Below are positions 1 to 9,438 of a DNA stretch of 64,000 bases, one piece after another. Both the position numbers and the translations under genes were made by a program. This DNA comes from Candidatus Eiseniibacteriota bacterium (lineage in GTDB: Bacteria > Eisenbacteria > RBG-16-71-46 > JABDJR01): positions 64,001 through 128,000 of the forward strand of contig CAWANH010000001.1 of assembly GCA_963783375.1 (NCBI GenBank). Reading direction: 5' to 3'. Positions within the stretch are counted from its first letter, which is position 1; each line of letters begins with the position of its first letter. Below the pieces are notes generated by a model. It made no database searches, was not told where the DNA came from, and saw only the letters and a list, made by a program, of their open reading frames with translations.

Positions 1-63
1 GCTGACGCCTCCCACCGCCACCGTGCTCCCGTACCGCTTGGCAAGGTGGTCCACGGAAATCAT
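1..63 (-). CDS. ABC transporter ATP-binding protein, N-terminal fragment (runs off window)
   Basis: Reverse strand from ATG at 63 reads MISVDHLAKRYGSTVAVGGVS, a typical ABC ATPase N-terminus; GGAGGAGAGGAG SD-like sequence upstream. Not in the ORF track. Confidence 0.8.
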   Translation of the reverse strand, partial: MISVDHLAKRYGSTVAVGGVS

Positions 64-121
64 CTGGGTTTGACTCCTCTCCTCCTAGACAGACTCTGGC
101 GATCGTCCCGACCGGCGGGGT

Positions 122-149
122 ATTATAGAAAGGTTCGCCACCCTGTCAA
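122..149 (-). promoter_or_regulatory. sigma70-type promoter for the leftward ABC gene
   Basis: Minus strand TTGACA-16 nt-TATAAT, an exact consensus in a high-GC background. Confidence 0.8.
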
Positions 150-210
150 AGCGCCTCGGGCGCCCGGGGTGCTCTCCCATTTCGGCCCATCGGTTCGGAG
201 GCGATCTGCC

Positions 211-1059
211 GTGTCACTCCTGAAGCTCGAAAGACGTTCCCTGAAATTGCTCCTCTCGGGGACGGCGCTGGCCGTGGTCGCGGCCATCCCCGCGGCGGCC
301 GATGGCCCGGCGGAGGCCCCCGCTTCCCACGAGGCCTTGACCCTGGAGAAGGGGGAGTTCGATCCGGCCCTCTACGACTCGCTCCTGGGACTCTACGTGA
401 AGACGGACGGAGTGGACTACGCGACCTGGAAGGCGGACGGCCCGGGCGAGCTGGACCGTTTCCTGGAGAGGGCCGGGAACTACGATCTCGGATCCACCAT
501 GGGCAAGGAGCCGCGGGCGGCCTTTCTCATCAACGCCTACAACGCGTGGGCGGTGCGGCAGATCCTGGATCACTACCCGGTGAAGAGCGTCCGGGACATC
601 CCCGGTTTCTTCGACGGGAACACCCGCAGGATCGCCGGCAAGGACATGACCCTGGACGATATCGAGGCTGAGCTGGCGACGATCCTTCCCCATCGGCCCT
701 ATTTCGCGTTCACCCTGGCGCCGGGAGCCCGGGGGATGCCCGCGCTCGCCGGGAGGGCGTATACCGCGCACGAGTTCGATCAACGCGTGTTACACGCGGC
801 CAAGACGTACCTTACGTCCGACCTTCTCTACTACGACCAAAAGGAAAGTACCCTCCACATGCCCCCACAATTCCAGAAGCATCTGGAACTTTTTGAGGGT
901 CTTCCCAAGGGCCTGAATCAGGCTCTGGGCTCGTTCCTGCCCCTTTCCCAGCTGAGCGCCCTCCTGACCGATCCCGAGGCCAAGTACGTGTACGACCAGG
1001 TGGACTGGTCCCTGAACCAGGCCCCCGCCCCGGTTCCGGAGAGCGGGGAAGGCAAATAG
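211..1059 (+). CDS. DUF547-family secreted protein
   Basis: AFLINAYNAW..ILDHYPVKSVRDI..FFD..MTLDDIE pattern; signal-like segment; GTG at 211 with GGAGG upstream preferred over the ORF start at 46. Confidence 0.75.
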   Translation: MSLLKLERRSLKLLLSGTALAVVAAIPAAADGPAEAPASHEALTLEKGEFDPALYDSLLGLYVKTDGVDYATWKADGPGELDRFLERAGNYDLGSTMGKEPRAAFLINAYNAWAVRQILDHYPVKSVRDIPGFFDGNTRRIAGKDMTLDDIEAELATILPHRPYFAFTLAPGARGMPALAGRAYTAHEFDQRVLHAAKTYLTSDLLYYDQKESTLHMPPQFQKHLELFEGLPKGLNQALGSFLPLSQLSALLTDPEAKYVYDQVDWSLNQAPAPVPESGEGK

Positions 1060-2240
1060 TGGAAGCCTACGCCCAGGTCGATGCCCGCCTGAACCGCCAC
1101 GGGATGGCCCGCTGGCGCTCCGGACATCCGTGGATCTTTCGGGCCGGGATCGATGTGGTGGACGAGACCACGGGGAACGAGGCGGTGGCCCGGGTGGTCG
1201 ATCCCCGCGGCCGCACCCTCGGCCAGGCTCTGTTCAGCCGGGAATCCCAGATCACCCTCCGGTTTCTCACCCGGAGCGAGGAGCCGGTGGACCGGGCCTT
1301 CTTCCGAAAGCGGGTGGAGCGGGCGGTGGGATACCGGGAGAGGCTCTCCCCCGGTCGGGACGCGCTCCGGCTCGTGTTCGGCGAGTCCGACGGCCTTCCC
1401 GGCCTCATCGTGGACCGCTACGGCCCCCACCTGGTGGCGCAGTTCCTTTCCTGGGGGATGGACGCCCTGGGCCCCGAGATCGTGGAGATCCTGAAGGATA
1501 CCGTCTCCCCCGCCTCGATCCTGGCCCGGAACGACCCCGCGGTCCGGGTCCTGGAGGGGCTCCAGCGGGTCGTCACCCCCCTCCACGGCGAGATTCCCGA
1601 AACCGTGGTCTACCACGAGGGAGACCTGGTGATGACCGCCGATCTTCGCCGGGGGCAGAAAACCGGGGCCTTCCTGGATCAGATCGACAACCACCGGCTG
1701 GCCGGCTCCCTGGCCCGCGGGCGGGTCCTCGACGTGTTCACCTATTCGGGGGGATTCGCCCTGGCTGCGGCCGGATCGGCGGAGGAGGTGACCGCGGTGG
1801 ATTCCTCCTCGGAGGCGCTGGCCCTGGCCCGCGCCCACGCCGGCCGGAACGGAATCGACAACGTGCAGTGGGTCGAGGCCAACGCCTTCGATTTCCTCAA
1901 GAACGCCGATCGCCGCGGCGAAACCTACGACATGGTGATCCTGGATCCCCCCGCCTTCGCCAAGAACAAGCGCGAGCTGGCGGGGGCGCTTCGGGGCTAC
2001 AAGGAGATCAACCTCCGGGCCATGAAAATCCTCCGGCCGGGTGGTATCCTGATCTCGTGCAGCTGCTCCTACCATCTGAGCGAAGCGATGATGGAGGAGA
2101 TCCTGACCTCGGCGGCATCGGACGCCCACCGCGCCTTCCGGGTGGTCGACCGGCGTCGCCAGGCGGCGGATCACCCCATCCTCCTTGGATTCCCCGAGAG
2201 CCTCTATCTCAAGTGCCAGGTGTTGGAGCTCCTGGATTAG
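1059..2240 (+). CDS. rlmI: RlmI/RlmK-family SAM-dependent rRNA methyltransferase
   Basis: GHPWIF PUA start, ESDGLPGLIVDRY, GQKTGAFLDQ, VLDVFTYSGGF, ILDPPAFAK, SCS, YLK. Confidence 0.85.
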   Translation: MEAYAQVDARLNRHGMARWRSGHPWIFRAGIDVVDETTGNEAVARVVDPRGRTLGQALFSRESQITLRFLTRSEEPVDRAFFRKRVERAVGYRERLSPGRDALRLVFGESDGLPGLIVDRYGPHLVAQFLSWGMDALGPEIVEILKDTVSPASILARNDPAVRVLEGLQRVVTPLHGEIPETVVYHEGDLVMTADLRRGQKTGAFLDQIDNHRLAGSLARGRVLDVFTYSGGFALAAAGSAEEVTAVDSSSEALALARAHAGRNGIDNVQWVEANAFDFLKNADRRGETYDMVILDPPAFAKNKRELAGALRGYKEINLRAMKILRPGGILISCSCSYHLSEAMMEEILTSAASDAHRAFRVVDRRRQAADHPILLGFPESLYLKCQVLELLD

Positions 2241-2306
2241 GAAGGCCGGTTCCGGCCGCGCCGCCCGGAGCCGGGCGGTACATCACCGAACGAGGAGGAG
2301 GCGACG

Positions 2307-3587
2307 TTGCCCGAGACTCGTCCCGATCCGGACCGTTCCAAGCTCATCTACGACTGGAACGTGGCCGACGGCATCACCCAGATGAGCCCGGCGGTCATCT
2401 CCCTGGACGACGAGACCCTCCGGGACGGCCTCCAGTCCCCATCGGTCTCGGATCCCACGATCGACGAGAAGATCGAGATCCTCCACCTCATCGAGGGTCT
2501 GGGCATCCACTCCGCCGATCTGGGGCTTCCCGCCGCCGGCCCCCACGCCTACGAGGACACCCTCGCCCTGACCCGGGAGACCGTGCGCGCCTCGCTGTCG
2601 ATCCGGCCCAACGCCGCCGCCCGGACCATGATCAAGGACATCGAACCCATCGCCGCGATCAGCCAGGCCGCGGGCTGTCCCCTGGAAGTGGCGATGTTCG
2701 TGGGCTCGAGCCCCATTCGGTTCTACACCGAGAACTGGGAGCTGGCAAAGCTCCTGCGTCTTGCCGAGGAGGCGGTGACCTTCGCGGTGTCCGAGGGACT
2801 CCCGGTGATGTTCGTCACCGAGGACACCACCCGGGCCACCCCCGAAGCCATCAAGGCGCTCTACCAGACCGCCATCCGTTCGGGAGCCCACCGGATCACC
2901 GTGGCCGACACCGCCGGCCACGCCACTCCCGCGGGCGTTCGCGCCGTGGTCACCTACGTGCGGGAGATCGCCGATCAGACCGGTGAGGACGTGCTGATCG
3001 ACTGGCACGGCCACAACGACCGCGGTCTCGGGGTGGTGAACTCGATCACCGCCGCCCTCGCCGGCGCCGATCAGATCCACGGCACCGCGCTCGGCATCGG
3101 AGAACGATGCGGGAACGCGGCCATGGACCAGATCCTGGTGAACCTGAAGCTCATGGGCATCATCTCCAACGATCTCTCCCGCCTGGGGGAGTACTGCGAG
3201 GCGGTGGCCCGGGCGGTGGGGATGCCGATCGCGGTCAACTACCCCATCCTGGGCCGCGACGCCTTCCGCACCGCCACCGGGGTTCACGCCGCCGCGGTGC
3301 TGAAAGCGTCCCGGCTCGGCGACACCTGGCTGGAGAACATGGTCTATTCCTCGGTTCCCGCCTCGATGATCGGGCGTGAGCAGGTGATCGAGATCGGCCC
3401 CCTGAGCGGGGTGGCCAACGTCGTCTACTGGTTGACCCGCCACGGGTTCGAGACGGAGCCGGTTCTGGTGGACGCGATCTTCGAGGCGGCGAAGCGGTCC
3501 AAGTCGGTGCTCACCGACGAGGAGATCCGCCGCCTGGTGACCGAGAAGGGCGGGAAACCCCTCGCCTCCTCGTCCACCCCCGAGTAG
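2307..3587 (+). CDS. 2-isopropylmalate/homocitrate synthase-family (DRE-TIM) enzyme, short form
   Basis: DETLRDGLQ, HGHNDRG, GIGERCGNA motifs; no C-terminal regulatory domain. Confidence 0.85.
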   Translation: MPETRPDPDRSKLIYDWNVADGITQMSPAVISLDDETLRDGLQSPSVSDPTIDEKIEILHLIEGLGIHSADLGLPAAGPHAYEDTLALTRETVRASLSIRPNAAARTMIKDIEPIAAISQAAGCPLEVAMFVGSSPIRFYTENWELAKLLRLAEEAVTFAVSEGLPVMFVTEDTTRATPEAIKALYQTAIRSGAHRITVADTAGHATPAGVRAVVTYVREIADQTGEDVLIDWHGHNDRGLGVVNSITAALAGADQIHGTALGIGERCGNAAMDQILVNLKLMGIISNDLSRLGEYCEAVARAVGMPIAVNYPILGRDAFRTATGVHAAAVLKASRLGDTWLENMVYSSVPASMIGREQVIEIGPLSGVANVVYWLTRHGFETEPVLVDAIFEAAKRSKSVLTDEEIRRLVTEKGGKPLASSSTPE

Positions 3588-3620
3588 CCCGGCCCGCCGC
3601 CGGCCGGAAGAGGAGGGCCC

Positions 3621-5348
3621 ATGACCGCGTCCACGCTCCATCCGACCGCGGCCGCGACCGTCGCCGCGTCCATCGCTCTCGCCCTCACCGCCTGCGGGGG
3701 GGCCTCGGAGAAGGGAACGCCGGGGCCTCGGGTGAACGCGCTCACCGGCCGGGCCGCCGCCGACCGCGGGGCCGACGTCTCCCCCGACTCCACCTATCTG
3801 GTCTTCATCTCGGATCGCGACGGCGGAGACGATCTCTACCGGATGGACTTCCCCACGAAGGCGGTGACCCGGCTCACCCGAACCGCGGCGGACGAATCCG
3901 ATCCCGCCGTCTCCCCCGACGGAAAGTCGGTGGCCTTCATCCGGACCGAACCCCGGGGAAGCTCCCTCTGGCTGCTCCAGAACCTGGGCGGGGACTCCGA
4001 CACCGCCACCCGCACCGCCACCGACACCTCGGGCCTCGCCTCCCCCGCCTGGTCCCCCGACGGGAGCCGGATCCTCTGCGTCTCCGGGGCCCGCGGCTTC
4101 GTGCTGTTCCCCGCCGGGGTGGCCACCGGTGAGCTCCCCGGAGCGCCCGTGGACTGGCCGTTGCCGGTGGATGCCTCCGAGCCCGCGTGGGGCGCGGACG
4201 GAACCGTGGTCTATCGAGCCGGCGCGCCCGGGGCCGGAGATCTCTATGCCTACGACCCCGCGGGCTCCGCCGGACCCCGCCCCGTGACCCGGACCCCCTT
4301 CGACGAACGCTCCCCCTCGCTCCGGGACGGCGTCCTGGCCTATCTCGCGAACCCGGAGGGACACTACCGGGTTCACGTTCTCCGGCCGGGGACGGGGGTG
4401 GAAGCCGCGGTGGAGCTGGGCCGCGATCCCCGGAACTGCTTCGACCCCGCGGTCTGGCCGGGAGGGGGCTCGGTCGTCTACACCGAGGAGGCCGGGTGGG
4501 CGATCAAGACCCGGCCGGCGGCCGGCGGAGAGGCCTCGACCCCGGTTCCCCCCGACGCCGGAAACTTCGATCCGGTCTTCGACGCCGACGCCAGGAACAT
4601 CTTCTTCACCTCGGACCGGGACGGAAACGACGAGATCTACGTGGTCGAGATGGAGGGCTACACCGTGGCCAACCTCACCACCAACCCCGGCCGCGACTTC
4701 GAGCCGGACATGAGCCCGGCCACCCACCGTCTGGTCTTCACCACGGAGCGGGAGGGAAACCTGGAGATCCTGTCCATCGACGAGAGCGGGCTGGACGAGG
4801 TGTTCCTCGCCCCCGGCCCGGCCCGGGACTCCGAACCCCGGTTCTCCCCCGACGGAACCCGGGTGGCCTTCGTGTCGGACCGGGCGGGGAGCCCCGACAT
4901 CTGGATCGTGGACGCCGCCGGTGGGGAACCGGCGCGGCTCACCACCGACGGCAGCGCGGCGGAGCGGTTCCCCACCTGGGTGGAAGGCGGCTCGGCGATC
5001 GTCTACCAGTCCGATCGCGGCGGGGAGGAACGCCTCTGGCGGATCCCGGCGGCGGGAGGCGAGGCGGCACCCGTGTCCCTCGACTCCGAGGCCGGCTCGC
5101 GGGACACGCGGCCCTCCGCCTCACCGGACGGCGAGCGGGTGGTGTTCACCCGCGAGCGGGGCGGGGACCGGGACCTCTGGATCCTGGACCTGGCCTCGGG
5201 GCGGGCCGTCCCCGCGGTGACCGACTCCCTGAACCAGGACGACGCCGGCTCGTGGAGCCCGGACGGATCCACCCTGGTCTACCAGAGCGGGGGCGCCCGG
5301 AACCTCATCCGCCGGGCGCTTGTCGGCGCGGAGCGACCCGGCTCGTGA
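3621..5348 (+). CDS. TolB-like PD40 beta-propeller lipoprotein
   Basis: Lipobox LTAC; many PxxSPDG..xF.SDR repeats. Confidence 0.8.
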   Translation: MTASTLHPTAAATVAASIALALTACGGASEKGTPGPRVNALTGRAAADRGADVSPDSTYLVFISDRDGGDDLYRMDFPTKAVTRLTRTAADESDPAVSPDGKSVAFIRTEPRGSSLWLLQNLGGDSDTATRTATDTSGLASPAWSPDGSRILCVSGARGFVLFPAGVATGELPGAPVDWPLPVDASEPAWGADGTVVYRAGAPGAGDLYAYDPAGSAGPRPVTRTPFDERSPSLRDGVLAYLANPEGHYRVHVLRPGTGVEAAVELGRDPRNCFDPAVWPGGGSVVYTEEAGWAIKTRPAAGGEASTPVPPDAGNFDPVFDADARNIFFTSDRDGNDEIYVVEMEGYTVANLTTNPGRDFEPDMSPATHRLVFTTEREGNLEILSIDESGLDEVFLAPGPARDSEPRFSPDGTRVAFVSDRAGSPDIWIVDAAGGEPARLTTDGSAAERFPTWVEGGSAIVYQSDRGGEERLWRIPAAGGEAAPVSLDSEAGSRDTRPSASPDGERVVFTRERGGDRDLWILDLASGRAVPAVTDSLNQDDAGSWSPDGSTLVYQSGGARNLIRRALVGAERPGS

Positions 5349-5383
5349 TCCCGTCCGAACCGCTCGCCCCGGCGAAACCCGGG

Positions 5384-5992
5384 TTACCGGTTGAACTCGA
5401 TGTACTGGATCCCCGCGGCGTTGTTGGCGTTGTTGAGGCTCAGCTCCCACAGGGTGAAGTCGCGCTCTCCCCGGAGCTTGGGAATGAAAGCGAAGAACTC
5501 GCTCTGGCGCTGATCCTTGAAGCTGAGCCGGGTCTGGAAGGCGAAGTCCAGGCTCAGGTTCAGGTTCTCGCGGCCCACCCGGGCCTGGTCGAAGAGCGAG
5601 GAGGGCATGGGGCCCAGGAACTCGATCCGGCTGAGGTCCCGGAAGGGGACGTTCACCAGCCTATCGAAGGAGTCCCGGTAGAAGCCGAACACGGCATGGA
5701 TCCCGCGACGCCGGTTGAACTCGATCTCGAGATCGTCCACGTAGAATTGCCCGGTCTGGGTCACCATGGTGACGTCGAATTGCTCGCCGCCGGTGTCCGG
5801 TATGGGCTCGGGGGTTCCTTCGGAAATCGGCGCCGGCGCGCCGGCCGGCTGGTCGGCGGGATGCGGCGCGCTTCCCGAACCCCCCGCGCAACCCCACCCG
5901 GCCAGACCCAACGCGGCCATGAGAAGGAGCACCGGGGGCACCCAGGTCCCCGCCGAAGGTCCGTTGCCTGGAACGAATCGTGTTGGTTTCAA
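5384..5992 (-). CDS. hypothetical lipoprotein
   Basis: TTG at 5992 with GGAG SD; hydrophobic stretch ending GWGC; globular C-terminal half. The ORF extension to 6592 overlaps atoE and is rejected. Confidence 0.6.
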   Translation of the reverse strand: MKPTRFVPGNGPSAGTWVPPVLLLMAALGLAGWGCAGGSGSAPHPADQPAGAPAPISEGTPEPIPDTGGEQFDVTMVTQTGQFYVDDLEIEFNRRRGIHAVFGFYRDSFDRLVNVPFRDLSRIEFLGPMPSSLFDQARVGRENLNLSLDFAFQTRLSFKDQRQSEFFAFIPKLRGERDFTLWELSLNNANNAAGIQYIEFNR

Positions 5993-6197
5993 CGTCGTCT
6001 CCCCGGGTTGATGTCGGGAAACACCGCCTCGAAAATCCTTCGGTGAGCGTTCACCCGCGAGCCCGCTCAACTGGCGGAGAATACCAGGGAGCTTCCGGGG
6101 AGACAACGCCGCCCGCCGGCGCGAGGTCGCGCGCGAGGTCGCGCGGCGCCGGGGCGATGAGCGGCCCGGACCGAAGCGGAGGAAAGAGTCCACGCCC

Positions 6198-7574
6198 ATG
6201 ATCCGACGCCTGGGAGACCGATTCAGCCGTCTGTCCGAACGGTTCATCCCCCACCCCTTCGTCTTCGCCATCCTGCTCTCACTCATCACCTTCATCCTCG
6301 GCCTGGTCTGGACCCGGACCGCCCCCGGGGCCCTCCTCGCCGCGTGGTACGGCGGGCTCACCGACAAGGGGGGGATGGTATTCGCCTTCCAGATGGCCTT
6401 GATCCTCATCACCGGCCACGCCCTGGCCGAGACCCGACCGGTGCGCCGGGGGCTGGACCGGCTGGCCGGCCTCGCCCGGGGGACGGCGTCGGCGGTCGTC
6501 CTCACCTCCCTCACCGCCATGATCGCGGCGCTGGTAAACTGGGGGCTCGGTCTCATCGTGGGCGCCATCCTGGCCCGCGAAGTCGCGGCCACCGCGCGCC
6601 GCCGCGGCGTGGCGATCCACTACCCGCTGGTGGTGGCCGCGGGCTATACCGGGCTCCTCATCTGGCACGGCGGGCTCTCGGGCTCCGCCCCCCTCGCCGT
6701 GGCCTCCCCCAACCATCCCCTCGAGACCCTGATGGGGCGGATCCCCATCTCCCAGACCCTCTTCTCCCCGCTGAACCTCGCGGTGACCCTGTTCCTGCTG
6801 GTGGCGGTTCCCGCCGCGCTCGCGCTCATGGCCCCGAAGGATCCCGCTCACATCGAACCGGCCGCACCGCCCGCCGAGGCTCCGGAGACCGGGCCCGGCC
6901 CCGAAGCCCGCCCGCACACCCCGGCCCGCGCCCTGGACCGGAGTCGGCTCCTGGTCGGGCTGGTGGCGCTGGGGGGAGCCGGCTTCCTGGTCCCCTACTT
7001 CGCGTCCCGGGGGTCGGGAGGGGTGACCCTGAACGCGATGATCTTCATCTTCCTCCTTCTCGGCCTCCTCCTCCACGGCTCCCCCGCCCGCTACGCCCGG
7101 AGCGTGGACGCGGCGGCCGGGGGAGCGGGAGGAATCCTCCTCCAGTTCCCCTTCTACTTCGGGATCCTGGGGATGATGAACGGGGCGGGGCTGGTGGCGC
7201 GGTTCGCCCACCTCTTCGTGTCCGGCTCCGAGGCCCTCGCCGGGGCGGGAGTGCCGGTGGGCTCCGCCCACGCCGCCCTCACCTTCATGAGCGCGGCGGT
7301 GGTGAACCTCTTCGTCCCCTCCGGCGGGGGCCAGTGGGCGGTCCAGGGGCCGATCATGATCGAGGCGGCGGAGAAGCTGGGCACCCATCTGCCGACCACG
7401 GTGATGGCCCTGGCCTACGGCGACGAGCTCACCAACATGCTCCAGCCCTTCTGGGCGTTGCCGCTCCTGGCGGTGACCGGCCTCCCGGCCCGGAAGATCG
7501 TGGGGTACACCGCGCTGCTCATGCTGCTCACCATCCCCGGGTTCCTGATCCTGCTCGCCCTGTTCGGGGCGTGA
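6198..7574 (+). CDS. atoE: short-chain fatty acid transporter (AtoE family)
   Basis: FAFQMALILITGHALA, NWGLGLI, HYPLVVAAGY, FVPSGGGQWAVQGP, NMLQPFWALP. Confidence 0.9.
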   Translation: MIRRLGDRFSRLSERFIPHPFVFAILLSLITFILGLVWTRTAPGALLAAWYGGLTDKGGMVFAFQMALILITGHALAETRPVRRGLDRLAGLARGTASAVVLTSLTAMIAALVNWGLGLIVGAILAREVAATARRRGVAIHYPLVVAAGYTGLLIWHGGLSGSAPLAVASPNHPLETLMGRIPISQTLFSPLNLAVTLFLLVAVPAALALMAPKDPAHIEPAAPPAEAPETGPGPEARPHTPARALDRSRLLVGLVALGGAGFLVPYFASRGSGGVTLNAMIFIFLLLGLLLHGSPARYARSVDAAAGGAGGILLQFPFYFGILGMMNGAGLVARFAHLFVSGSEALAGAGVPVGSAHAALTFMSAAVVNLFVPSGGGQWAVQGPIMIEAAEKLGTHLPTTVMALAYGDELTNMLQPFWALPLLAVTGLPARKIVGYTALLMLLTIPGFLILLALFGA

Positions 7575-7636
7575 TACGATGAGGCTCCCCTCTTGCGATC
7601 CCGGCGGCACCGCCCGCCGGAAAGGGCGCATCCCCG

Positions 7637-8494
7637 ATGCATGAGATTGGATTCGGGTGGTTCGAGCCCGCCTTCGCCACCCTCCTGGCCGTCCTGGGAG
7701 GGCTCCTCCGCTTCCTTCGGCCTTCGGCGCGGTTCGGAATCGGCCTTCCCTTCGTGGACTCCGACGTGGACCTCCGGCGCCGCGCCCGAAACCGCGTGGG
7801 CGAGATGCTGATCCTGTGGGGCCTGTGGGTGGTGGTGCAGATGCTGACCGGGGCCCCGGCCACCTGGATGTCCACGGTGTGGGCTCCACTGATCATCGTG
7901 GCCGCCGTGGCCTACTCCTACCCGGCCCGCCTCTACGCCCGGCGGTACCTGGTCGCCGACGGGACGCTCGAGGACGCGGACGAGGAGCGCCCCTACCCGC
8001 TTCGCGGCGGATGGGTCGTGGTGCTCCTCCGGGAGATCATCCCCCTGGCCATGGTTCTGGCGCCCATCCTCGTGGTCCGGGACAACTACGGGCGGCTCCC
8101 GGGCCGGGTCCCGGTGGCCTGGACCCTGGACGGCGGGCCGCTGGTGTGGATGGGCCGGTCCGAGGCGGTGGCTCTCCTCCGGCATCAGACCATGCTGGTC
8201 TACCTCCTCCTGGCCGGCCTCGAGGGGGTCTACCTGATCATTCGGTGGGGCCGTGGACGGCGGGGAGACATCGCCCTACGGATGCTCACCCGCCGCCACT
8301 GGTTCTTCTTCCTGTTCCGGGTGGGCTGGGTGGCGCTCTTCGCCGGGATCAACCTCGGCTTCGTGTACCACGCCATGGCCGGGCGTTCGCCCTACCCGTT
8401 TCTCGTTCCCGGTCTCCTCGCCCTCTCCGCATTGGGAATCCTCATCGCCATGCAAATCAAGCGGATCCGGCGATCTCCTCGGACCGGGTCTTAA
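7637..8494 (+). CDS. multi-pass membrane protein with DUF1648-like segment
   Basis: About 7 hydrophobic helices; LPGRVPVAWTLDGGP resembles the DUF1648/SdpI loop. Confidence 0.55.
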   Translation: MHEIGFGWFEPAFATLLAVLGGLLRFLRPSARFGIGLPFVDSDVDLRRRARNRVGEMLILWGLWVVVQMLTGAPATWMSTVWAPLIIVAAVAYSYPARLYARRYLVADGTLEDADEERPYPLRGGWVVVLLREIIPLAMVLAPILVVRDNYGRLPGRVPVAWTLDGGPLVWMGRSEAVALLRHQTMLVYLLLAGLEGVYLIIRWGRGRRGDIALRMLTRRHWFFFLFRVGWVALFAGINLGFVYHAMAGRSPYPFLVPGLLALSALGILIAMQIKRIRRSPRTGS

Positions 8495-8495
8495 G

Positions 8496-8912
8496 TCAAC
8501 GGATCGATGCCGAGGTCACCGTGGTGGTCTTCTCCAGGTACCGGACGGCGGTGGCCGTCACCTGCACCCGCGACTTGAGACCCCCGCCCTCGGCGGTGAT
8601 GGGGCGCACATCGATGAGCGCGTCCGCCCCCACCTTCCGGGCCTCGTCCTTGAGGGTCTTGATCACCTGGTCGTAGGTGGACCGGTCGTTGTAACTGGGA
8701 TCCATGTCCTGCTTGGCGAACAGGGTCCCGATCACGATGTGGGGCACGCTGATCCCGCCCTCGAAAACCTCGATCTGGGCCGATTTGTCCTTGGCCGGGA
8801 ACTCGGTGGCGTCCATCCGGACGAACTTGACCCCCGAGCCGCAGGCGGAAATCGCCGCCGCGATGCCGATCAGGAGCGCGACCCTGGGGGCCGCGCGAAG
8901 GATGTTCTTCAT
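8496..8912 (-). CDS. small lipoprotein, YbjQ-like
   Basis: ATG 8912 with GGAG SD; lipobox ISAC; LKDEARKVGADALIDVR..VTATAVRY. Confidence 0.65.
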   Translation of the reverse strand: MKNILRAAPRVALLIGIAAAISACGSGVKFVRMDATEFPAKDKSAQIEVFEGGISVPHIVIGTLFAKQDMDPSYNDRSTYDQVIKTLKDEARKVGADALIDVRPITAEGGGLKSRVQVTATAVRYLEKTTTVTSASIR

Positions 8913-9050
8913 GGTTCTGGTCTCCCCGCGTGGGTGGTTACGGGTCCGCCCTCCGGCAGTTCCCATGTCGGTGATCGTCCATCGAGGGGGCGACCTTCAC
9001 TGAAAATGGCCCCCGGACCCCGAGAATCGGGGTTTTTCACGCGATTTCGT

Positions 9051-9080
9051 TTGACAGCCCGCGGCCCCCGTTGTTTCATT
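9051..9080 (+). promoter_or_regulatory. putative sigma70 promoter of the histone gene
   Basis: Exact TTGACA at 9051-9056; weak -10 (TTTCAT) 17 nt downstream. Confidence 0.4.
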
Positions 9081-9157
9081 TCGCCGGAAATCAAGGGCGG
9101 GACGGCGCCGGAAGGCCGTTCCACGGTTTACCCCCTTCCTCGAACAGGAGACACAGG

Positions 9158-9373
9158 ATGGCCAAGAAGATGGCGAAGAAGAAGACGGCGAAGAAGGCTG
9201 CAGCCGGTGAGCTGATCATCTCCAAGTCGCGCACCAAGGCCGCGGTCAAGAAGTGCAACGTGTCGAGCGACTTCTACGCCGCCCTCGACAAGAAGGTCCG
9301 GGGATTGATCGGCGATGCCGAGCAGCGGGCCCTGGGCAACAAGCGGAAGACCCTGAAGCCCCAGGACCTGTAG
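9158..9373 (+). CDS. bacterial histone-fold protein (Bd0055/HBb-like) with Lys-rich N-terminal tail
   Basis: ATG 9158 with AGGAG SD; 71 aa; ELIISKSRTKAAVK..NVSSDFYAALDKKVRGLIGDAEQRALGNKRKTLKPQDL fits the histone fold with the RKTxxxxD signature. Confidence 0.85.
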   Translation: MAKKMAKKKTAKKAAAGELIISKSRTKAAVKKCNVSSDFYAALDKKVRGLIGDAEQRALGNKRKTLKPQDL

Positions 9374-9404
9374 GCGTCCTTCCGGCAGATCGAAGGTCTT
9401 TAGC

Positions 9405-9438
9405 CAAGCGGCGTCGCAAGACGCCGCTTGTCGTTTTT
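9405..9438 (+). terminator. intrinsic terminator after the histone gene
   Basis: 11-bp perfect stem CAAGCGGCGTC/GACGCCGCTTG, GCAA tetraloop, followed by TCGTTTTT. Confidence 0.8.

Noticed and set aside
3760-5290. Recurrent similar sequences as a possible CRISPR or repeat array
   Set aside because: They are coding PD40 propeller repeats, not identical spaced repeats
6119-6142. GCGCGAGGTCGC tandem duplicate upstream of atoE
   Set aside because: Only two short GC-rich units; plausible by chance or slippage
1130-7582. Numerous long Arg/Gly/Pro-rich alternative-frame ORFs (pattern continues through the window)
   Set aside because: Off-frame reads of GC-rich genes that are already explained
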